Of a DNA stretch of 64,000 nt, positions 38,267-47,528 are shown piece by piece (the stretch's first letter is position 1; each line of letters opens with the position of its first letter). A model generated the notes under the pieces. That model had not been told where the DNA came from, searched no databases, and saw only the letters and a program-made list of their open reading frames with translations. Made by a program: the position numbers and the translations under genes. The stretch is taken from positions 10,106,001 to 10,170,000 of the forward strand of contig OZ286468.1 of the NCBI GenBank assembly GCA_965644265.1, given 5' to 3'. This stretch comes from Glycera tridactyla (lineage: Eukaryota).

Positions 38267-40322
38267 TCACTGCATGTATGTACCCGGTGCACTAGAGGTC
38301 GCTGGCGTCAGCTGGAGGTACGAGTTGGCCGGTGTTATGACGGGCTGCACCCCCTGGTGGCTGTACGTGACTGGTTGACTTTGTGTGACCGTAGCAGGTA
38401 CGTGGTCGCGCACAACTTGCATTTCAGTACCACCTGCTTGTTCAATTGATTCGCGCCGTGATCGTTTAGATTGCCTCACACATTTAGTTGCCAACCACCG
38501 AATGATGTTGACTAGTGGACAGGCCCTAATTTTATCCTTGAATCTCCAAACAAGCACACACATACACACACATATCATCAACAAAATGCAGAAAACAACA
38601 ATCAATGCATAAAATGTGAATGCTCCCGATTTCCCTTGCGTGGGAAATTTCTTATCATCTAAGTCATCCAGCAAGACACGTATCCTATGGTGTAAGGTTG
38701 AGATGGATGGTGAACCATCCAGAAGGTGGTCCAACTGATCAGGGATCTGGTCGATTGTTCGATCCAGGTCCTCGATCAGAGGGTTCCAAATTCTGGCTGG
38801 GAGTGGTAGATGAATATGTACAGATGAGGATGAGTGCAAATCTAAGGAGGAGTCATTATAATAGTAGGGGGGTAACTGCAATGTATCACACTGAGCATAG
38901 CATGCATTAGGGAGGGAAAGTAAACCTAGGGGTGGTTGAATATGTACAATAGTGGTTGGCGCATTATCACAAACTTGTGAAAATACTAATGCGCGGCGAG
39001 TGGCAATTTGCCAAGCGCCATTTCCTATATAATATGCACGCACCGGTGGTTGCTGTGTGCGGTGCACGTTAGTGCGACAAAACCGGGTTGGGTCGGCTTG
39101 ATGGGTGAGCAGGTTGACCACACAGTTGTCGCTCAGTGTGTTTGTGTAATAGACAGGGGCATTAAGTCTACACAAATTGAAGGCATTTGACACACACTGA
39201 AAAATATTGCTCGACTCGATGAAACTGACTTTGCTGTTGTCATGTGAAATAGCCACATACTTGTGTGGTATATCATAAGTAGCAACAATAGACGTGTTTT
39301 TAAAAGGTAATTCAAACAGAATGACTTCATACACTAGGAACTCAGCTGTTAAATCAGCCAAAGGTATATCTAAAACAACAGTGAATTCATGTGGTGTTGG
39401 ATAAATCTGCACATTTAGATACTGGTAGTACTGGAACAGGTTTGTCTGTGGTGAGAAGGGTAGATGCAGGGTGGGTGGGAGGTTATCTGCTATTTCCTGG
39501 AGTATTTGGCTGAGGTGAAATGGAGAAATGACAGAGGGCGTGAGGTGACCTTGGAAGAGATCGGACAGTTGAATGGACAGCTCATCAAGGACAAGGCGTA
39601 ACTCAAGCATAGAACTGCGTGTGGTTGTGATAATGGTCTGAATTTGAGAATAATGGAGGATGAATATACGAAAGGTTTTGAGCATCAGTTCATCTTCATT
39701 AATTTGTTTTGCCACATTAGATAATCTATTAATTGCTCGTCTGTTCTTGGCAACATCTAAACGTGTAGCGTTAATAAGTGTTAAACTATCTTCTGTCACA
39801 TGAGCTACAGCTTCTGTAGATAATCTCAAATTTGTCAATGCACTATGAAGTGCTCTGATAGTGCTTTCGTCAGCCACACCAAATAGACCATGAAGAATGG
39901 ACCCCATGAATGGCAGAAGTGAACGCTGTTTCCTGTTGGCATTACGCGAGGCATCCAGAAGGATTAAGTGCTGGCCTAATTTAAGTTTCATTTCATTGAG
40001 TTCGTCCTCTAAGCTAGAGGCGAGTTTGTGTAATTGGCGCATAATTGGCAGATAAGTCGCGTAAACATCCGGAGCGAATTGTTTTCTGGTTTTACTAATG
40101 AGTGAGTTAATGTTAGATGTAACATTGACAACCTGCGACTGCATGTGAGTGATGATATTTTCATAAGGTTCTAATGGGATGTTGAGAGCAATCTGCCACT
40201 TGTTCTGTGTGGTGAAGAATTGGTTGACGGGGCGGAATGCGACCGGGCTGGGCTGTTGCGATGAACCAAGAAGGGGTGATGCCCGAGAAGCCGCGTTGAT
40301 GGAGAGGAGTATGACTGACAGC
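38267..40322 (-). CDS. env: Envelope glycoprotein (class I fusion, baculovirus-F/errantivirus-like), main exon
   Basis: Hydrophobic signal region LSVILLSINAASRA, furin site RKQR followed by a fusion-peptide-like SLLPFMGSILHGLFG, heptad region, Cys-rich ectodomain with N-glycosylation sequons, TM FTFYALIVVFCILLMICVCMCVLVW, cytoplasmic tail; acceptor ctaat...tgttgcag|G at 40323/40322. Confidence 0.9.
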
Positions 40323-40907
40323 CTGCAACAGATGTGATAAAGCACAGATTAGTTGCGATTGGCTGAGGGAGTGAGCGCATCAATTTAAAAGACAAGAACA
40401 GAGATGAATTGGGAAAAAAAAAAATTGTATGTGCCCTCAGGCGTATCTGGTGGATTTTGATGTGCCAGTCGGTGATTTTATGTGCCCGGATCGAGCGATA
40501 TTTTTTTTTTTTTTGTTTGACCACTCTCGAAGCGCTAAAACAATACAGCAGGGTATCAATAGATAGCACCAAATGCGCAGAGAGTGATTGTACTTGCGTG
40601 CATCAGGATCGTTTTCGAGAGAATTTCGATATTTTTGCCACAAACGTGATGAGAACACTCGGCAGGTATAACCATTCAAGTGTCTCCCGCCATCTTGGGT
40701 TCATCGAATTCGATCACGTGCCTTGATAGTCTGGTTCCTGTCAGAACCGTCAGGTGGTGGAGTGTGGTGTGCGGACAAAATTCGCCATCTAGCAATTGGT
40801 CTGAGACTTAGCCATGCTGAAATCTCATCATACTCTCGCAATCGCGAGAGTTCGCGCGGGATTTAGGAGCCATCTTGAAAATTTTTGAAGATGGAGGGAG
40901 ATAAACA

Positions 40908-41200
40908 TCTCTGTTAACCGGAAAGTATCACCAAAATTGACCGATTTGGTCCGGATTTTCGCCAATGTAACCGAGTTTTGGACGTTTCCATGCCAGATTG
41001 TGTGATTTTCATCTCTGTTAACCGGAAAATATCACCAAAATTGACCGATTTGGTCCGGATTTTTGCCGATTTCAGCGAGTTTTGGACGTTTCCATGCCAG
41101 ATTGTGTGATTTTCGTCTCTGTTAACCGGAAAGTAGCACCAAAATTGACCGATTTGGTCCGGATTTTCGCCGATTTCAGCGAGTTTTCATGCCAGATTGT
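40908..41200. repeat. 104-bp tandem repeat, about 3 copies, between integrase and env
   Basis: tctctgttaaccggaaa recurs at 40908, 41012 and 41116. Confidence 0.9.
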
Positions 41201-41333
41201 GCTGCGAGAAACACGCGGGTTTTGTTGTTTGATGCGATGATGGAGCGAGGCCGCGTTCAATCTCGATCCTCGCGAGTATATTGCGGCTGGAGGGGGGGGG
41301 GGGGGGGGGGGGTTTCAAGAGGATGATTGCCAC

Positions 41334-42875
41334 TTAGATGCGATTGGCCAGTCGGGAAGAGCGTCTGAGTGATTGACAGGCGTCATGAGGTTGGCGGTCT
41401 GGCTGGGGGATTTGATTGACAGGACGCGAAGACGGCGGCGGTGAAGGCGGCGGCGATTCCGGACCAGGTGTGCCGGCATCTGTTTGATGTGGTGGCGGCG
41501 TGGGGGGCGGAGATGGAGGGCGAGAAAGGAATGCAGCATCCAGTGGCGCATGAACGTGCATGTCGAGAATGCGTGCGTGTGTCGGGTTTGTGTGTGTTGT
41601 GCGTGCGTGAACTGACCGTGCGTTCAAGTTATTGTCCCGTGCTTCATGAAAAATGTATTTTGCAGAGCGACCTGTCTGAAGTGGTATGTCACGAGAAATA
41701 CCCCAATTTGGATCTTCATTCGCTTTTCTGAGAGAGCGTTCATGAAGACGTGTGACATGATCTGTGAGTAAATGCTTGACTCTGAATGTGTGTGGCCCCA
41801 GGATTTCTATGATACGGCCATGTGCAAGAAATGGCGGATCAAGTTTATCTTTGCTCAGATGATTTTTGATGTAAACTGGGTCACCAAGTTGGAACTCTTG
41901 AGTAGTAGCCTTCTTGTCATGGTACTCTTTGTTTTTAGCTGCACTCTCCTGCATGTTTGAACGTGCTTGACGCCATGCTTTATGCATTTTATTGAGAGAG
42001 ATTGTGGCGGGATTGTCACCTGTGTAATGAAGGCGTGGTTTGAGAAGTGTATCTACAGGCATGAGGGGATCTCTGCCATAGAGTAGAAAGAAAAGAGAGT
42101 GTTGAGAGGCAGTGTGATCTGAGCATCTGATGGCACTTAACAGGGCAGGCAAGTGCTTGTCCCATTGCAACTTCTCATTAGGCGGAAGTTTGCGAAAATA
42201 CGCCGTCATGTCACGGTGTATGCGTTCACATTTTCCATTTGCCTGAGGTGAGTAGTTGGCACATCTGACATGCATCATGCGTAGATGTGTACTCATGTAC
42301 TTAATTACATCATTGACAAACTCGCTCCCATTGTCAGAAATGAGAAAGCGTGGTGTAGAATGTCTCGCCACGATATCACCTAGGAGGAAATCAGCCACCG
42401 TGGCAGCAGCTTTGTTTGCTGTTGCCTTGGCTTCGACCCAGCCTGTAAACTGGTCAATTGCAGTAATGATGTAATTGTTACCATCGTAAGATGTGGGTAA
42501 CGGACCATAAAGATCAACGCTCAGAACTTCCATAGGGAATGTGGGTATTGGATTGGTGAGCAGGGGTGGGTCAAGTGTACCAAGATTGACTGTGTTGCAA
42601 GGAATGCAATTGTCAACGAACAAGACTGTGTCACGGTACATGCCTGTCCAGTGATAAGAACGTCGAAGTCTGGCGTACATCTTCTTTGCCCCTAAGTGTG
42701 CTCCCATGTACCCTTCATGAGCCTCTTTCAAGAGATCATTTTGCATGATCTCAGGGATCAATAAACGTGGTGGATCAGGCTCTGAAATGTAGTACAACCT
42801 GTCCTGGAGAATAGCGTATCGCTCACGCACATTGGGTGGTGTGTGTGTGTGTGAGTTGATGTTTGATGCGTGCAA
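41334..42875 (-). CDS. Integrase part of Gypsy-2 pol, out of frame with the upstream pol at an (AC)n tract
   Basis: HEGYMGAHLG...CIPC; DDE residues in VDLYGP, ISDNG and GKCER. Confidence 0.92.
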   Translation of the reverse strand: MHASNINSHTHTPPNVRERYAILQDRLYYISEPDPPRLLIPEIMQNDLLKEAHEGYMGAHLGAKKMYARLRRSYHWTGMYRDTVLFVDNCIPCNTVNLGTLDPPLLTNPIPTFPMEVLSVDLYGPLPTSYDGNNYIITAIDQFTGWVEAKATANKAAATVADFLLGDIVARHSTPRFLISDNGSEFVNDVIKYMSTHLRMMHVRCANYSPQANGKCERIHRDMTAYFRKLPPNEKLQWDKHLPALLSAIRCSDHTASQHSLFFLLYGRDPLMPVDTLLKPRLHYTGDNPATISLNKMHKAWRQARSNMQESAAKNKEYHDKKATTQEFQLGDPVYIKNHLSKDKLDPPFLAHGRIIEILGPHTFRVKHLLTDHVTRLHERSLRKANEDPNWGISRDIPLQTGRSAKYIFHEARDNNLNARSVHARTTHTNPTHARILDMHVHAPLDAAFLSRPPSPPPTPPPHQTDAGTPGPESPPPSPPPSSRPVNQIPQPDRQPHDACQSLRRSSRLANRI

Positions 42876-45645
42876 GCTTTGTGTCTTGTTCTTGGAGAGT
42901 GGCCATTTTGGCTATGTTGATGATCGGTGGTGGTGGGAGGGGGGTGTCAAATGCATGAGTGTGTGGGTCATGGTGTGTACTATCAGCCTTGTCAACTTTG
43001 CCTACTGGTATGTCATCAGTGTTGATCAAATCAACCTCGGCACCTGAGCATGAAATGATGTCCACATCATCATGGAAATCTAGCTCAATATCCACTGGTT
43101 GGTTTGGACAGGTATTTGCTATGGGCCGGTGATTTGGAAACTCGCAAATTGTGATGTTGCTGTTAGAATGTTCAATTCTGCTGAGGAAATCAGCCACAGC
43201 ATTGTTTTTGCCAGTGACATGTTTGATGTCACACCCGAATTGGGCAATGGTCATGGACCATCTTTGTATTTTCGGGTTTGTATGTTGACTACTTTTCATG
43301 TGCGTGAGAGGTGCGTGATCTGTGAACACCGTGAATGGGCGTCCATAAAGGATTGGGCGGAATGCTGATAGTGCCTTGACTATAGCAAACATCTCACGCT
43401 CATAAGTCGACCATTTCCTCTGGGCGTCCGACAATTTGGCTGACAGGAAATGTATTGGTCGGTGGCACTTATTAGTGTCAACTTGGCAGAGGACTGCTCC
43501 GATGCATGTGCTTGATGCATCTGTCCAAAGAGTAAAAGATTTACATGGATCTGGATGCACAAGTATTGGAGGCGAAAGAATGGCTTGTTTCAAGTCCTGA
43601 AATGCATGTTGACATTCAGGACTCCATACAAATTTTGCATCCTTCTTTGTAAGTGACGTCAGTGGTCTCGCTCGAGCTGCAAATCGTGGGATGTACCGCC
43701 GATAGTAACCAGTCATGCCAAGAAATGATCTGACACCTTTGACGTTAGATGGTGGTGGGCAGTTCTGAATGGCTTCAATCTTGGCTACCTGCGGTTTGAT
43801 ACCCTCCCTGGTGACTACATGTCCGAGGAACTCAAGTTCTGATTTCAGGAACTCGCATTTTGCTTTGTTCATCTTGAGTCCTGCATTTGATATTCGCTGT
43901 AGTACCACTCTCAAGTGTTCTAAATGCTCATCGAAAGTCTGAGAGTAGACGAGAATGTCGTCGGCATACGAGGTCACGAATGTGTTTTTGATGCCATTTA
44001 ATATACGATCCATTAGCTGAGCGAAGATCGATGGAGCATTTGTCAGTCCAAAAGCCAGCGTGTTGTATTCAAATAACCCTTCAGAGCAGACGAAGGCTGA
44101 TTTTGGTCTGTCTTCAGGTTTCAGGGGTATCTGATGAAAGGCGTGGCTGATATCCAGACTGCTGAAATAATGCGTCCCTGCCAGCGTGGTGAGAATCTGG
44201 TCTATCTGTTCAAGGGGCCAGTAGAATTTCTCAGTTACTTTGTTCAAGGGATCATAGTTAACGACAAAGCGAATTTTGTTCCCCTTTTTGGGAACAGCGA
44301 AAAGTGGACATGCCCAGGGGCTTTGGCTTTCTGTGATCACTCCAGCCTTAAGCATATCTCTAATCTGACGTGCCATTTCAGGCCGTATGGCGGCGGGCGA
44401 CCGATAGGGTGCAACTTTGATGGGAGGTGAATTTCCAGTTTTGATTTCAACTTCCATGAGTTTAGTAGACCCAATATCGTAGTCAAATTTAGAGAATGAG
44501 TGATCGAATTTGGTAAGTAGATTTTCAAGTGCTTGTCTCTGATGTTTTGGTGTATCAGGTGTCCCAATATTTAGTTTGCTGTAATCGCATGGTTCCCCAA
44601 ACTGTGGTTTTTTCCACTTCGAGTTCGGTGTATTTTCGGAGATTTCGTCAATTTCGGAATTTAGGCGATTTTCAGAATATTGTGACATGCGACCTTGACA
44701 TGTTGTGGTTAGTTTGATATTAGCAGCACATGTGTTTTGCGATTTACTCTTGCTGGTGTTCGCGGTGGCGACATTCCGATCAAGTTTCGCTTCCTGTTCG
44801 TGCGCGTCTGTCTCACAAACAGTATCGGATACTGGCGCTCCAGTATCATGTGTAAATGGGCGGATTTCGTGCACTTTCACAAAGCCGATTTGAGCAAGTG
44901 CTGTTCCACGCAATAATTGAAATCGTTTGCCTGTGTTGTTTACGAGTACATATGGGACGCACCCTTTCTCGTGTGTTTGAACGATGCCTGGTAAGCCAGT
45001 CAAACCAGGTTCTCGGTCAGCTATCCCATTGGGATGCTCAGAAATCTCATAAATATCATCTTCACCTAAAGGTGGCATGAGTTTAGGTATTTTGAGTTTG
45101 ACAGAAGCTGCTGAATAAGGGGGAATTTCAGTGTTCTCTGCAAGTCTGCATATACTCTCTATCTGGTAAGTGGGCGTGAGTTTTATCACGTGTTTCTTTA
45201 TAGTGAGTGTGTTTGCTCCGCAATCAAGAATGGCACCTGTGGCACGCAAGAAATCTGCACCTAGCAATATGTTTTGCTTAAATTCTGGTACTACATCAAA
45301 AGTGTGTGAATAGCGTCTGTCATCTATACCAACCTCAACAGAATGGATCCCACTATGAGGAATAGGGTCCCCAGAGGCTGATCGCAGTTGACTGTTGGAA
45401 TGAGGGAGAGCTATTCTCTTGTCTTTTGGACAAAATTTGAGCACATTTGGTTTCATAATAGACACCTCGGCGCCTGAATCTATAAGTGCACGTGTGCTGT
45501 GATCCCCAATTTTTATAATACAAGTGGGACGGTTAGTGCCTTTGGTATTTACAGTGTAGATTCTACAATTGGAGACATCTTTTTCTGACATGGGTTGACT
45601 TTGACTTCCTACTTGGTCTCCACAAGCAGGAATTTCTAGTTTGGG
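42823..45645 (-). CDS. Gypsy-2 pol (protease-RT-RNase H), entered by -1 frameshift
   Basis: LIDSGA, LDISHAFHQI, LAFGL, YADD, WTDAS; the frame is open upstream to the CCCAAAC slippery site (45639-45645). Confidence 0.95.
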   Translation of the reverse strand, partial: PKLEIPACGDQVGSQSQPMSEKDVSNCRIYTVNTKGTNRPTCIIKIGDHSTRALIDSGAEVSIMKPNVLKFCPKDKRIALPHSNSQLRSASGDPIPHSGIHSVEVGIDDRRYSHTFDVVPEFKQNILLGADFLRATGAILDCGANTLTIKKHVIKLTPTYQIESICRLAENTEIPPYSAASVKLKIPKLMPPLGEDDIYEISEHPNGIADREPGLTGLPGIVQTHEKGCVPYVLVNNTGKRFQLLRGTALAQIGFVKVHEIRPFTHDTGAPVSDTVCETDAHEQEAKLDRNVATANTSKSKSQNTCAANIKLTTTCQGRMSQYSENRLNSEIDEISENTPNSKWKKPQFGEPCDYSKLNIGTPDTPKHQRQALENLLTKFDHSFSKFDYDIGSTKLMEVEIKTGNSPPIKVAPYRSPAAIRPEMARQIRDMLKAGVITESQSPWACPLFAVPKKGNKIRFVVNYDPLNKVTEKFYWPLEQIDQILTTLAGTHYFSSLDISHAFHQIPLKPEDRPKSAFVCSEGLFEYNTLAFGLTNAPSIFAQLMDRILNGIKNTFVTSYADDILVYSQTFDEHLEHLRVVLQRISNAGLKMNKAKCEFLKSELEFLGHVVTREGIKPQVAKIEAIQNCPPPSNVKGVRSFLGMTGYYRRYIPRFAARARPLTSLTKKDAKFVWSPECQHAFQDLKQAILSPPILVHPDPCKSFTLWTDASSTCIGAVLCQVDTNKCHRPIHFLSAKLSDAQRKWSTYEREMFAIVKALSAFRPILYGRPFTVFTDHAPLTHMKSSQHTNPKIQRWSMTIAQFGCDIKHVTGKNNAVADFLSRIEHSNSNITICEFPNHRPIANTCPNQPVDIELDFHDDVDIISCSGAEVDLINTDDIPVGKVDKADSTHHDPHTHAFDTPLPPPPIINIAKMATLQEQDTKLARIKHQLTHTHTTQCA

Positions 45646-46916
45646 TTATTTTCAGGGCAGTATTTGCGCATATGTCCCAATCTGGAGCATTTTCCGCAGA
45701 TGGGCGTACCATCGGTGGCCCATTTGTAGGCGGTATTGTTTCGGGATTCAGCACCGGCATGATTCAGGACTGGAGTTTGGTTGCTGCCCCCTTCGCTTGT
45801 GACCCCCTTGTTTGCGTGAGGGGCGTTATTTGGCATCTGTACCCATCGCTTGGGTACGCGGTAGACTGCGCGTCCTGGCGGGCCTCGGTTGCTCGTATTT
45901 GGACGTGAGTGACCCCCCCTTCCTTTGTGTGCATTTCCGCGCCATTCTCGCCGAATTTCGCAAATTTCAAATCCATTTTCATCAACGAGAACTTCGTCTT
46001 CCCCAAATTCTTCCGATGCATATTCGTTTTGATACTCGTGTTGGGTCGCGTCTCCATTATCTGAGTAATTGATGTTTGGACCGAATCGTGTCGTTAAATA
46101 TTGACCACCCTCGATGGCGGAAATATCCATGGGTTCCGGAGATTCGGCTCTGCGTGGGCGATTTAAATACGCCTCAATGTGACTAGTGATCCCTGCCTCA
46201 GATGCAGCACTCGCAACCGCGGCTTGTAATGTGTTCGGTTTCCGACGGCACAAATGCTTCACGATTTGATCATTCCTTACACCAGCTACAAATGCCTGTA
46301 TGAGCATTCTCTGCGCGGCACGTGACATGATCTCATTTGCGCCAAAACCATCCATGCCTGTCTCGTGAACACGTTCGCCAAACATAGTGATAGGTTCATT
46401 TGGTTTACGAACCAAACGCGTGAGTTTGACGAGAGCACTTGATTGATCCTCAGGTTCATCAAATCTCAACCTAATTTGCCCAGCAAAATTGTCCCAATCA
46501 GGAGCTTGGTGATTTTGTAATAATTCTGAGTAGAATCGGTGGATCCAGTCAGAGGCTGGACCAGTGGCGCTCGACAAACAGAGTCTCAGACCAACTTCTG
46601 CATCACCTCCAAGAATGAGTTTGTGTTTCTCTACCTGTTTGAACCAATTTCTGAATTTTTTAGGGTTACCGTCAAATGGCGTGATCTTTTGAGCCGACGA
46701 AGAAAATGAAATTTCATTTTGTACACGCGCTAAGATATGTTGAATGTTAGCGCCTTGTTGCATAAGCATGTTCATCGGATCGGGCGGAGGTGCGGCCGGT
46801 TGGGCTGGCAGCGGCTGCTGGGGTTGCTGGCCGTCCGCCGGGACAGGCGGGAGAGGTTGATCATGCGGGGGAACATTGGGATGTACTACCTGTTGTACGT
46901 GCTGTTGCTGATGCAT
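45636..46916 (-). CDS. Gypsy-2 gag, 426 aa
   Basis: ITPFDGNP...WF capsid motif and C-terminal CCHC knuckle CGKCSRLGHMRKYC. Confidence 0.92.
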   Translation of the reverse strand: MHQQQHVQQVVHPNVPPHDQPLPPVPADGQQPQQPLPAQPAAPPPDPMNMLMQQGANIQHILARVQNEISFSSSAQKITPFDGNPKKFRNWFKQVEKHKLILGGDAEVGLRLCLSSATGPASDWIHRFYSELLQNHQAPDWDNFAGQIRLRFDEPEDQSSALVKLTRLVRKPNEPITMFGERVHETGMDGFGANEIMSRAAQRMLIQAFVAGVRNDQIVKHLCRRKPNTLQAAVASAASEAGITSHIEAYLNRPRRAESPEPMDISAIEGGQYLTTRFGPNINYSDNGDATQHEYQNEYASEEFGEDEVLVDENGFEICEIRREWRGNAHKGRGGHSRPNTSNRGPPGRAVYRVPKRWVQMPNNAPHANKGVTSEGGSNQTPVLNHAGAESRNNTAYKWATDGTPICGKCSRLGHMRKYCPENNPN

Positions 46917-47174
46917 TTTAACTTACCGGTTGAACTTCCAACACACAATTCAATAATAGATATCGATATTCAATGAATCTCTGATCCCGTTTTCTGCATT
47001 ATGTAGACAAATTCACGCACAGATTCACACACAAATACATACACTGTTGGAGTTGAAATGTTTGTGACAAGAATGTGCTTCACCTGGGGCTATGAATGAT
47101 CGCTTCTGGTGTGCGTTTTTGAGATAGGCTACCGATCACGACGAGAACAATCAAACAAAACAAATGGCACTTAC

Positions 47175-47188
47175 CATACAATGCGCAT
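47175..47188 (-). CDS. env: Predicted env micro-exon (ATG CGC ATT GTA TG|gtaagt)
   Basis: Consensus donor GTAAGT. The phase-2 end completes TGG with the G at 40322, giving MRIVWLSVILLSINAASRA. Confidence 0.65.
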
Positions 47189-47204
47189 GATGTGATGCTC
47201 TGCT

Positions 47205-47477
47205 CTAGTCTTCTGAGTCACGGGAGTTGTAGCCATCATCAGGGTAAACTAATCTGACTAGTCTTTCAAATTCACAGTGAAATGCAATGCAGATAGGGCA
47301 AATTTTACAGTACTTGATGTCACTCAGTGGATCGCAACGAGTGCACAATGTACAGGGTTTCAAACGTGGATAACCGGCAGCTATCAGTTCAGAAAGGAGT
47401 CCTGGATGGGCTCGTGTGAGTTCAAGTAGAAATTCTCGCACAGATTGCTGAGAAATAGCGTCACTGATAATGACCAT
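47205..47477 (-). CDS. Small Cys-rich leader ORF (90 aa) between the PBS and gag
   Basis: ATG-initiated and intact; CTLCTRC...CKICPIC...HC cluster; function unknown. Confidence 0.5.
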   Translation of the reverse strand: MVIISDAISQQSVREFLLELTRAHPGLLSELIAAGYPRLKPCTLCTRCDPLSDIKYCKICPICIAFHCEFERLVRLVYPDDGYNSRDSED

Positions 47478-47514
47478 TTATGTTGTGATTTACCGAGACG
47501 GCTCGAATGCTGGC

Positions 47515-47526
47515 TCTACGGCTCCA
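47515..47526 (-). promoter_or_regulatory. PBS of Gypsy-2 (TGGAGCCGTAGA), imperfect tRNA-His-like
   Basis: Starts TGG 2 nt after the 5' LTR; 8/9 match to the recalled His PBS TGGTGCCGT. Confidence 0.55.
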
Positions 47527-47528
47527 GA

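Noticed and set aside
36697-38378. Several 100-180 aa ORFs in the Gypsy-2 3' region
   Set aside because: Composition driven by GT/CA bias; no motifs; not matched in element 3.
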